From an uncultured Candidatus Actinomarina sp. (GTDB lineage Bacteria; Actinomycetota; Acidimicrobiia; Actinomarinales; Actinomarinaceae), in contig CACHBU010000001.1 of the NCBI GenBank assembly GCA_902578135.1, positions 33,932 through 97,931 on the forward strand: a DNA stretch of 64,000 nt, read 5' to 3'. Position 1 is the stretch's first letter. Each line of letters opens with the position of its first letter. The notes below the pieces were generated by a model. The model made no database searches. It had not been told where the DNA came from and saw nothing but the letters and a program-made list of their open reading frames with translations. Made by a program: the position numbers and the translations under genes. Below are positions 50,178 to 58,373 of the stretch, piece after piece.

Positions 50178-50441
50178 TTATTTCTCTATAACCTTATATC
50201 TTTTTCGAGTTACTTGTCTGAAATATTGAATAACGTTTCCAAGAATTACCAATGTTGCTATAGCAACAGTTGTTGGAATTAAAAATCGGTAGGTCCATGC
50301 TACATCTTCAATTTGCTCTGGTGGTTCTTCAACCACGATAGCGGGAGTAGGTACTTCTCCTTCAGTATGGTCGTCTGCAATTACAATGCTTACAGGAGAA
50401 AACAGAATTAAAAAACCCAAAATTAAAAAAAACTTTTTCAC
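50178..50441 (-). CDS. Small membrane protein with signal peptide (87 aa)
   Basis: Signal-like N-terminus, acidic Pro-rich linker, one TM and a basic tail; abuts tilS. Confidence 0.7.
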   Translation of the reverse strand: MKKFFLILGFLILFSPVSIVIADDHTEGEVPTPAIVVEEPPEQIEDVAWTYRFLIPTTVAIATLVILGNVIQYFRQVTRKRYKVIEK

Positions 50442-50504
50442 AATATGAGACTACTAAAAGAAATTAGAAATAAGAAGAATTTAATGATTTTTATTTACCG
50501 ATTG

Positions 50505-51338
50505 CTAAATATTTAATCTGTATTTTTCAGAAAATTTAATCAACTTAGTTTGATTTATGTCTTTTACTTTGTAGTCTTTAATATCTTTTGGAACATTTAC
50601 AGATTTTTTTAGTGTTGTTAATTCTTTAAATAGTTTTAAAAGTTCAAAATTGTTAGATATAGTTTCTGCATGCCTTTCGCCGCCTCTAACTGTCTTTTTC
50701 CAATTGTCTACATCATTTAAAATTAAGTCAATATTTTCATATTTTTGAAGAAGCAAAGTCGCAGTCTTTTGACCTATTCCCTTCATTCCTGGAATTCCAT
50801 CAGAACTATCTCCTGTAAGAGCAAGAAAATCCGGTATCTGATTTGGCAAGATACCAAATTTTTCTTTTACCCCTTTATCGTTTGTAAAAGTTTTATACCT
50901 AGTCGAATACATTACAACCTCATCTCCTTTTACACATTGCATTAAATCTTTATCTAATGATCCAATTATGATTTTTATATTTTTGCCGCTAAATTGTTCG
51001 CATACCGATGCAATTCCATCATCAGCTTCATATTTCTTCATAGACAGAAGGGTTATTCCAAGTAATTTTGTTACTTCCTCTGCTAGAGGAAATTGATTAA
51101 GGATATCAGGAGCAATATCATTGCTAGATTTATAACCCTGGTAAAGCTCATTTCGAAATGACTCAACAGTAGAGTCAAAAGCTACGCACAAATATTTATA
51201 TTCTTTTTTTAAAGAGTTGAGATGAGTTATATATCCCTTTAACGCTCCAACTTCAATTCCATTCGGAGAAATTCTACTAGGGTAACCAAAATGCGATCTG
51301 AATAATTCATATGTTCCATCAACAATATAGAGCTCCAT
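50505..51338 (-). CDS. Stand-alone 5'-3' exonuclease / flap endonuclease
   Basis: IVDG, VAFD, FRNELY..YK, EADD, DKDLMQ and GDSSDGIPG..GIG.KTA (H3TH) motifs. Confidence 0.93.
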   Translation of the reverse strand: MELYIVDGTYELFRSHFGYPSRISPNGIEVGALKGYITHLNSLKKEYKYLCVAFDSTVESFRNELYQGYKSSNDIAPDILNQFPLAEEVTKLLGITLLSMKKYEADDGIASVCEQFSGKNIKIIIGSLDKDLMQCVKGDEVVMYSTRYKTFTNDKGVKEKFGILPNQIPDFLALTGDSSDGIPGMKGIGQKTATLLLQKYENIDLILNDVDNWKKTVRGGERHAETISNNFELLKLFKELTTLKKSVNVPKDIKDYKVKDINQTKLIKFSEKYRLNI

Positions 51339-51363
51339 ATTCTGATTTTACTTTATGATAACA

Positions 51364-51460
51364 AACACTGGAAAGCAAAAATCCCGATTGATCTTACGAC
51401 CCTTCGGGATTTTCTGTTCTATCTTCTTTTCTATCTTTCGATTTCTTTTCCGATAGTGTT
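51364..51460 (-). ncRNA. Candidate small structured RNA
   Basis: Upstream TTGCAT-17bp-TATATT; two GNRA-capped hairpins; terminal U tract; complementary 5' and 3' ends. No ORF with a usable start on this strand. I do not recognise the family. Confidence 0.55.
51372..51413 (-). terminator. Intrinsic terminator-like hairpin
   Basis: Minus strand AAAATCCCGAAGGGTC-GTAA-GATCAATCGGGATTTTTGCTTT. Confidence 0.75.
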
Positions 51461-51465
51461 CTATA

Positions 51466-51494
51466 AATATACGTTAGTTTTTATTCTTATGCAA
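51466..51494 (-). promoter_or_regulatory. Putative housekeeping-sigma promoter
   Basis: -35 TTGCAT (51489-51494), 17-bp spacer, -10 TATATT (51466-51471). Confidence 0.65.
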
Positions 51495-51600
51495 GAAATT
51501 TACTAATCTATTTTTCGCGAGGTTTATAGCTCTAAATTATTTATTTTTTCCAAAGATTATATGTAAAAGTTTAAGTTACTAAATTAGCTAACCTTCTTAT

Positions 51601-52776
51601 ATGTTCAGTGAGATAAAAAAAATATCAAGTCTTCTTTTGTCAGTAGCTTTTTCATCAATAGGCTTTATAGCTTCAATTACTGTCACTGTGCTTGCTGCAA
51701 GAGAAGTTTCTAGTAATCCACTTTTTGTCGGCTTTCCAAATGCAGTTGGGGTAGGAGGTGCAGTCATAGGAACTAGAATGATATATTTAATATCAAAATC
51801 TAATTCTCAACTTAATGCTTTAGCATTTACCTTTTTAATAGGTGCCTTTGGGGGAGCAATTATGTTTTACAGTCTTATACTTGACTCATTTTTGCTTCTG
51901 TTGCTTGGAGCTTTCATTTTAGGAATTGGTCAATCGGCAACACTTCAAACAAGGTACGCAGCTTCATTTGTTGCTGGTGCGAAATTTAAAGCTACTGCAT
52001 TGTCTCTAGCAGTTTGGTTTTCAGTTTTTGGTTCTGTATTTGGACCACGTATGGTTGGAAGCTATTCAAATTTTTTTGAAAATATATTTAACTCTGACCT
52101 AATCGTTGGTTATGTAATTGCGTTGGTTGGAATGCTATTCGCAGCGGCCTCTCTGTTCACATTTACTTCAAAAAAAAGTATTTTAAGGAGCCCAAGTGAT
52201 TTAGAAAGTGAATCAAGTGATCAAAGTTTTGAAAGAAAAAATGGTAACTTATTATCGCTACTTTTAGTTTTGAATCACTTCACAATGGTTGTAATAATGT
52301 CTGCTACACCATTGCATATACAAGATATAGGTGAAACCGTTCAGCTGGTTGGAATTATTATTAGTTATCACACTTTAGGGATGTTTCTATTTTCACCCAT
52401 TCTTGGAAATTATGTAGATAAATATGGATACAAGAAATTTACATATGTAGGAACTGTAATTTTATTTATAAGTTGCTTAATTACTTTAATCAACTCTGGA
52501 CCTACTGCGTTAAAAATAGGTTTATACCTATTAGGACTTGGATGGAATTTTAATTATGTTGCAATTAGTGCAGCTATTTCAAAATTTTCAACCAAGTACA
52601 GAACTCCTCTAAACATAAAAAGCGACTCTTTTGTTTTTTTAGGAAGTTTTGTAGCTCATACATCTTTAGGCTTAAGCTACTTGCTAATCGGATTTAAAGG
52701 TTTGTCTTTTGTAGGAATTGCTGTAAGTATTTTTTTATTTTACAATTTAAAAAATCTAAATAAGTTAAATATTTAA
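51601..52776 (+). CDS. MFS transporter
   Basis: About 12 TM segments; HTLGMFLFSPILGNYVDKYG (MFS motif A-like) and LYLLGLGWNF. Confidence 0.88.
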   Translation: MFSEIKKISSLLLSVAFSSIGFIASITVTVLAAREVSSNPLFVGFPNAVGVGGAVIGTRMIYLISKSNSQLNALAFTFLIGAFGGAIMFYSLILDSFLLLLLGAFILGIGQSATLQTRYAASFVAGAKFKATALSLAVWFSVFGSVFGPRMVGSYSNFFENIFNSDLIVGYVIALVGMLFAAASLFTFTSKKSILRSPSDLESESSDQSFERKNGNLLSLLLVLNHFTMVVIMSATPLHIQDIGETVQLVGIIISYHTLGMFLFSPILGNYVDKYGYKKFTYVGTVILFISCLITLINSGPTALKIGLYLLGLGWNFNYVAISAAISKFSTKYRTPLNIKSDSFVFLGSFVAHTSLGLSYLLIGFKGLSFVGIAVSIFLFYNLKNLNKLNI

Positions 52777-53381
52777 TGAATAAAAATTTTTCAAAAGCTG
52801 AGGAAAGTTTGATAGAAAGTGATCCAAAATTAGCCAAAGTTATTGAAAATAACGGTCATTTAAAATTTTCAATCAAAAAAGTAGATCCGTTTAATGAGTT
52901 AGTAAATATAGTTATTTCACAGTTCATTTCTGCAAAAGCTGCCACAAGCATTAAAGAAAAAATGTTGAAGCAACTCAATGTAGAAAGTTTTAAAATTTTA
53001 AGTTTCAAAAATCTTACTGTTAGTCAAATAAAAAGCCTCGGACTAAGTAAAAACAAGGCTAAGTCTATTAAATCGTTAGTGTTGTTCTTTAGTCAAAATC
53101 CAAATTCTAAAAATCTCCTTAGACTGTCCGTTGAAGAACGATACGACAATCTAATTAAAATTTTTGGGATCGGTAAGTGGAGTATTGAGATGTTTGAGAT
53201 GTTTTGTGTTAGAAACAAAAATATTTTTTCAAGCGGAGATGCTGCTATTAGAGTCGCGATGGAGGAACTTAAAATGGTCAAAAAAACTAGAGATTTTGAG
53301 AAATATGATAAATATGCAAAAAAATGGAGCCCTTATAAAACTATTGCGTGCTTACATCTTTGGCATTTTATTGAATCTTAA
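52776..53381 (+). CDS. DNA-3-methyladenine glycosylase, AlkA/HhH-GPD family
   Basis: ISQFIS.KAA..I, GLSKNK, HhH motif FGIGKWSIEM, catalytic Asp (GD) and W.PYKTIA..LW. Confidence 0.9.
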   Translation: MNKNFSKAEESLIESDPKLAKVIENNGHLKFSIKKVDPFNELVNIVISQFISAKAATSIKEKMLKQLNVESFKILSFKNLTVSQIKSLGLSKNKAKSIKSLVLFFSQNPNSKNLLRLSVEERYDNLIKIFGIGKWSIEMFEMFCVRNKNIFSSGDAAIRVAMEELKMVKKTRDFEKYDKYAKKWSPYKTIACLHLWHFIES

Positions 53382-54646
53382 GCTAAAACGAGCACATCCT
53401 TAACTGGATGTGGTATCGGAGTTGGCCTAATCTCAAGCGATTCATCTATTTCAAAATTGTCGATATTTTGGACAAATTTGTAGATTACATTTTTGTAAAT
53501 ATAGCTAGCAAAGAACTTACCTAAACATGTATGAGCCCCTCCAGCAAATGGAAAATAAGCTTTGTTATGATAGTTTGGATCAATGAATCTATATGGATCA
53601 AAAACATCTGGATTGTCCCAGTACCTATCATCGTGATGTAAAAGTAATGGACTTATCGTCACATAAGTGCCTGCTTTTAGTGGGTAGCTATGAATTTCGG
53701 TATCCCTTACAACATATCTGATTGAAAATGGCACAGGTGGATAATATCTCATAGCTTCTTTAAATATTGATTCCCCTACTAATCCATTCTTCAATGAGGA
53801 GATGTCAGAATGATTAACTTCATTTGCTTCTTTAATTAAGTCATTCCTGAAATCTACATTTTGAGACAAACTATAAATTGAATTTGTAAGAGTGATGGTT
53901 GTAGTGTCATGAGCTGCCAACAGTAAAAAAATCATGTGTTCAGCTATCTCAAAATTTGTTAATCCCGCATCCCCTTTATTTGTATTAACTAATTCAGCAA
54001 ATAAAGTCTTTTTGCTGTCATCTTTAATAAGTCCTGCTTTTGATTCAAAATAATCAAGCAAAAACTCACGTGCTTTGAGTCCTTTTTTCATTTTGGTAAA
54101 TGGCAGTGGCCACCTTATTGCAGAAGTTGCAGAAGCAATTGAATCCATAAAAAGTTTGTTTAACTTTTCAGATTCGTCTTGTTTTACATCAAGAAAAAAA
54201 AGGCTTAGAGAAATATCAAACATGAGCTGTTTAACAGATTGATACAAATTAAAGCTCCCAGCTTTCTTTAAGTTTTCTACCCACTGATTAATAATTGGTT
54301 GAATGATTTCTAAATATCCATGAATTGCATCGTGTCGAAAAGAATCTTGCAGTAAAGTTCTATGATATTTGTGATCATCAAAATCTCTTAGCATTAACCC
54401 GTTTTCAAAAGTTGGTCCTAGTGATACAGCCCAACCTTCCTTGGAAGAAAATAGATCGTCTTTGTCTAAAAAAATATCTTTTGTAGCCTCTGGGGTTAAA
54501 AGTGCAATAAACTTTTCATTTAACAACGAAATTTGAAATACATCTCCATATTTTTCTTGCATTTCAGAAGTAAATTTAAGTGCATTACGTTGAAAAGCTA
54601 AAGAATTACCAATGATAGGAAGGCTTGGAATTACTGGAACAGTCAT
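53378..54646 (-). CDS. Cytochrome P450 (CYP136-like)
   Basis: I-helix AAHDTT, K-helix EAMR, heme motif FAGGAHTCLG. Confidence 0.95.
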   Translation of the reverse strand: MTVPVIPSLPIIGNSLAFQRNALKFTSEMQEKYGDVFQISLLNEKFIALLTPEATKDIFLDKDDLFSSKEGWAVSLGPTFENGLMLRDFDDHKYHRTLLQDSFRHDAIHGYLEIIQPIINQWVENLKKAGSFNLYQSVKQLMFDISLSLFFLDVKQDESEKLNKLFMDSIASATSAIRWPLPFTKMKKGLKAREFLLDYFESKAGLIKDDSKKTLFAELVNTNKGDAGLTNFEIAEHMIFLLLAAHDTTTITLTNSIYSLSQNVDFRNDLIKEANEVNHSDISSLKNGLVGESIFKEAMRYYPPVPFSIRYVVRDTEIHSYPLKAGTYVTISPLLLHHDDRYWDNPDVFDPYRFIDPNYHNKAYFPFAGGAHTCLGKFFASYIYKNVIYKFVQNIDNFEIDESLEIRPTPIPHPVKDVLVLA

Positions 54647-54700
54647 ATAAATATTTTACAATTTAAAATTTAAGTTTAAAAAGAAAAAAGCATATTTCTA

Positions 54701-55525
54701 TTAGATATCAAACTGCATCAAATCTTTACCAACTACAATTTCTCCATCAAAATGCTTAGAAATTCTATCTACTAAGACATCTTCATCAAAAACAGGAGGC
54801 ACAAAATGGTTTAAGATTAATTTTTTAACACTTGCATTACTGGCTAATATCCCAATTTCTTCTGGGGTTGTATGATAATCACTTATATTTTCAATCGTGT
54901 CCAATGACATTCGTACTGGATCATAATCCAAACCCACGAACACTTCATGTACTAAAATATCAGCATCTTTTGAAGATTTTTCTAGAACCTCACAGTATCG
55001 AGTATCTCCAGAAAAAATTATATTTTTTGGTCCAAGAATAAATTTATACCCAAATGCAGGATCAACAGGATGATGGTCAACTTTTACACTTTCTATGGTT
55101 GCGTTATCAAGCTCGATTTTTAATTCATTATTAATTTCGGTTATTTCATATGCTAATCCCTCTACGTTAGGTCTTTTCTCCCATTCTTTTCGTAAATCTA
55201 ATTCTTCTTTATAAGCTTCAAAGATTTTATCAAAATGACTTTTTAGACCTTTCGGGCCAAATACTTTAAATTTAGTTTCTCGCCCAGTGTGCCACCCAGA
55301 TATGAATAATTGATATAAGTCAACAATATGATCTGAGTGTAAATGGGTAATAAAAAAATAGTTTATTTCTCCTGGCTTTATTCCTGCTTCACTAAGCCTT
55401 TGAGTGACTCCCGAACCAGCATCAATTAAATAATTTGTTCCTTCATAGGACACTAAACTACTTGGTCCATATCTTAAATGACTTGGACTTGGACAACCTG
55501 TACCTAAAAGGGTCAATTTGTTCAT
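54701..55525 (-). CDS. MBL-fold metallo-hydrolase (RNase Z/AtsA-like)
   Basis: LLGTG, THLHSDH, FSGDT, LVHEV and LNHF motifs. Confidence 0.9.
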   Translation of the reverse strand: MNKLTLLGTGCPSPSHLRYGPSSLVSYEGTNYLIDAGSGVTQRLSEAGIKPGEINYFFITHLHSDHIVDLYQLFISGWHTGRETKFKVFGPKGLKSHFDKIFEAYKEELDLRKEWEKRPNVEGLAYEITEINNELKIELDNATIESVKVDHHPVDPAFGYKFILGPKNIIFSGDTRYCEVLEKSSKDADILVHEVFVGLDYDPVRMSLDTIENISDYHTTPEEIGILASNASVKKLILNHFVPPVFDEDVLVDRISKHFDGEIVVGKDLMQFDI

Positions 55526-55529
55526 ATTA

Positions 55530-56363
55530 TTAAACCTCTAGTGACAAGTTGCTTAATACTACTTGTGGCCTCATGCCAGAACTTATGTCTGCCATAGCTA
55601 TTTCAACTTTGACTGCAAATTCGTACATCTCTCTTGATATGTTCTGTTGAATGATTATTGAGTTAGTTAAATACTCAAGACAACTAACAATAAGTGAATT
55701 AAGAGTTAAAGATACATGATCAAGATTATTAATGACTTCCTTACATTCGTTTACTAGAGCAAATGAGTGGATCAAATTACTTAACTCTTTTTTTTGGATA
55801 GTTAAAATATCTAAAATTTTTTTAAAAGACTGCTTTCCATCAACTATTTCAAAATCTAAAAAATCAATAAAGTCTTCATCTGAATAATTAAACTTTATAT
55901 CTTTATCAGTATCAACAAAAATAGTTCTACATCTACTTTTTATAGTTGAGAGAATCATATTGTTTGAATCATCTCTACTGTGAGACCAAAAATTCCCAGT
56001 AGACAGTATCAAAAATACACTTGTTTTTGATGGCTCTTCTATAGTCTTTAATAGTGCATTTGATGCTTCCTCAGTCAAAGATTTTAGTGGTGGAAATATG
56101 ACGACCTTATATCTTCCCTCAATTGGAGAAAGATTATCTTGTGTTATAACTGTCCTAATATCTTCAACACCTAATGTACGAAGATTGTCAGATTCAACTA
56201 TTTTTATATCTGGATGGGTTTCTATAGATTCATCGTTAAACGCAATAAGGCCTGCAAATTTTTTTGCTTGTTTGATAAGTTCTCTTGATGAGTTTGAAAA
56301 CAGAAGATAGGCATGAAATACGCCATCTAGTTCTTTTTCAAGTGATTTATTAAGCTTTGTCAA
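55530..56363 (-). CDS. holB: DNA polymerase III subunit delta' (reduced)
   Basis: HAYL, HPD, VEDIR, ASNALLKTIEEP and TIKSRC motifs; follows tmk. Confidence 0.88.
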   Translation of the reverse strand: MTKLNKSLEKELDGVFHAYLLFSNSSRELIKQAKKFAGLIAFNDESIETHPDIKIVESDNLRTLGVEDIRTVITQDNLSPIEGRYKVVIFPPLKSLTEEASNALLKTIEEPSKTSVFLILSTGNFWSHSRDDSNNMILSTIKSRCRTIFVDTDKDIKFNYSDEDFIDFLDFEIVDGKQSFKKILDILTIQKKELSNLIHSFALVNECKEVINNLDHVSLTLNSLIVSCLEYLTNSIIIQQNISREMYEFAVKVEIAMADISSGMRPQVVLSNLSLEV

Positions 56364-56958
56364 TTCCTAACCAATTACATATCTTCATCAAATTTTCTTC
56401 TAAATTTTTTTCAGCGTCTAACACAAAGAAGCTTTCCGAAAATTCTTCTGAAAGCCTCAAATATCCTTCTCTTATATTTTGAAAAAACTCTATTTTGTCA
56501 CTACCAATTCTGTCTGCAACTTTTTGACGGTCTAAGGAAACTAATGGATCAATATCAAGTAAAACAACTTTTTCTGGCCAGAAACCTCCAATAGCAATAT
56601 CGTTTAACTGATATATTTTTTCATAGCCTAATTCTCTTCCAACACCTTGGTAAGCAACAGAGGAATACGCACTTCTATCTGACAAAATTTTTATTTCCTT
56701 TTGAATTGATGGTTTTATAAGCTCGTTTACTAATTGAGATCTTTGAGCACAAAATAATAAGGCTTCTGTGAGAGGGTCAACTTTGTAGTCATGGCTTAAT
56801 AATAACTCCCTAATACCTTCACCGACTTTAGTTCCGCCTGGTTCTCTGACTATCTTATTTTCTATTTTGTTCTCATCTAAAATTTTTGAAAGCTGTTCAA
56901 TAATGCTTGACTTTCCAGATCCATCAATCCCTTCAAAAGCTACATAGTCACAATTCAT
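56350..56958 (-). CDS. tmk: Thymidylate kinase
   Basis: FEGIDGSGKS, REPGGT and DRSAYSSVAYQG motifs. Confidence 0.97.
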   Translation of the reverse strand: MNCDYVAFEGIDGSGKSSIIEQLSKILDENKIENKIVREPGGTKVGEGIRELLLSHDYKVDPLTEALLFCAQRSQLVNELIKPSIQKEIKILSDRSAYSSVAYQGVGRELGYEKIYQLNDIAIGGFWPEKVVLLDIDPLVSLDRQKVADRIGSDKIEFFQNIREGYLRLSEEFSESFFVLDAEKNLEENLMKICNWLGIDKA

Positions 56959-58286
56959 AATGGTTCATCTTCATCAGTATCAAGGTTTAATCTTAACTTG
57001 TTAAAATTGGAATTTTCAAATCCAAAATCTTTAATTATCGTTCTATACCCTTTAACAAAAGTAATTAAACCAGAAAGCAAAATAAACCCAGAGCTTATTC
57101 TTAAAACAAAAAGTACTCCATCAAACTCAAAATATTGATTTATAAAATTTGCAGCAAATCCAGAAATAAATAGTGAAAGTAGAATTGAGAGTCTCCCGAT
57201 TGTATAAAAATTACCAAATACTCTTCCTCTTAAATTTTTATCTGTTGTGCTTTGAAGATAGCTTATAGTTAACAAGTAAACAGATCCTGATCCTATTCCT
57301 GAAATAAAAATAAAAAATAAGATTGTTGAAAATTCTGATGAGTTAAATGCAAATAAAAGTGAGAGGCCAGTTATTAACATACTTATACCAATAAAAAATG
57401 GAATTCTGCTAAACGAGGTTACAAAGTAACTTAAAATTACCATAGTAAAAATAATTCCAAACCCAAACGAAGCAATCATAAAACCAAAAGAGCTTTGGGT
57501 AAACTTAAGTGACTCTGTCAAGTATGTGTTTCCTAAAACAAAAAGAGCTCCTGCCCCAACAAGACTTAACGATATCGATGTTGTTACTGTTCTGAGTTCT
57601 TGAACAGAAAGAAAATAATTAAAGCCTTCCTTAAGATCACCAAGAACATTCGATTGCTTTTCTATATTTTTATTTGGAGAATCTGTTCTGAGATACAAAA
57701 GTAAAAATGATGAAATTAAAAAAGTGACCGAATCAATTACAAATATTACAGACCCATTCCAACCATTTCCATAAGAAACAATTCCTTCAATTAAAGAATT
57801 ATCAGAAATTACACCAAAAGCTAATGAAGCTAGTGGAAGTGACGCATATGTGCCTACTGTAAACAGAGAATTTGCTTTAACTAAATATTCATTGTCAACT
57901 ACTTCAGGAATTACTGATTCTCTTGAAGGTTGTCTGATAAGGGAAAAAATTTCAGATAAAAAATTTATAAGAAAAAGTTGAATTAAGGTAGTTGTAAAAA
58001 AAAGTCCCAGAACTATAACCATTCTTGATAGATCACATATGATCATCACATTTTTTTTATTAAACCTATCAGCCAATATTCCTGCGAAAGATGACATGAG
58101 CGCGGGGATTATCCTTGCAACTATTGGAATAACGGCGGTAAGCTCAGAATTGCCTCCTTCAGATCCTAAATAACTTGCTAATGCGACAGAAGCAAATAAT
58201 GTTGCCCAGTCTCCAAAGCTTGACAAAGTGCCCGACCACCATAGAATTGAGAACTGAGATTTTGAAAATATTTTTATTGATTTCAT
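56955..58286 (-). CDS. MFS transporter (DHA3/H+ antiporter-like)
   Basis: GILADRFNKK..MI.CDL.R, QPSRES..P.VV and LRGRVF motifs. Confidence 0.9.
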   Translation of the reverse strand: MKSIKIFSKSQFSILWWSGTLSSFGDWATLFASVALASYLGSEGGNSELTAVIPIVARIIPALMSSFAGILADRFNKKNVMIICDLSRMVIVLGLFFTTTLIQLFLINFLSEIFSLIRQPSRESVIPEVVDNEYLVKANSLFTVGTYASLPLASLAFGVISDNSLIEGIVSYGNGWNGSVIFVIDSVTFLISSFLLLYLRTDSPNKNIEKQSNVLGDLKEGFNYFLSVQELRTVTTSISLSLVGAGALFVLGNTYLTESLKFTQSSFGFMIASFGFGIIFTMVILSYFVTSFSRIPFFIGISMLITGLSLLFAFNSSEFSTILFFIFISGIGSGSVYLLTISYLQSTTDKNLRGRVFGNFYTIGRLSILLSLFISGFAANFINQYFEFDGVLFVLRISSGFILLSGLITFVKGYRTIIKDFGFENSNFNKLRLNLDTDEDEPL

Positions 58287-58373
58287 TGCCTTATACCCAT
58301 CCTAGTTTATGTTTAGAATACTTTTTTTCTTAAATCCTGTACATATGACAAAAATAGTGTTATCAATAAGGGC

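Noticed and set aside
51355-51456. 33-aa plus-strand ORF (MITNTGKQKSRLILRPFGIFCSIFFSIFRFLFR)
   Set aside because: No SD, it would start within the exonuclease promoter, and its Phe-rich content mirrors the A-rich opposite strand. It cannot be fully excluded as a type I toxin-like peptide without expression data.
51348-51473. Lys/Arg-rich open frame on the minus strand across the candidate sRNA
   Set aside because: No ATG/GTG/TTG near its 5' end and an in-frame stop just upstream; the openness reflects the purine-rich sequence.
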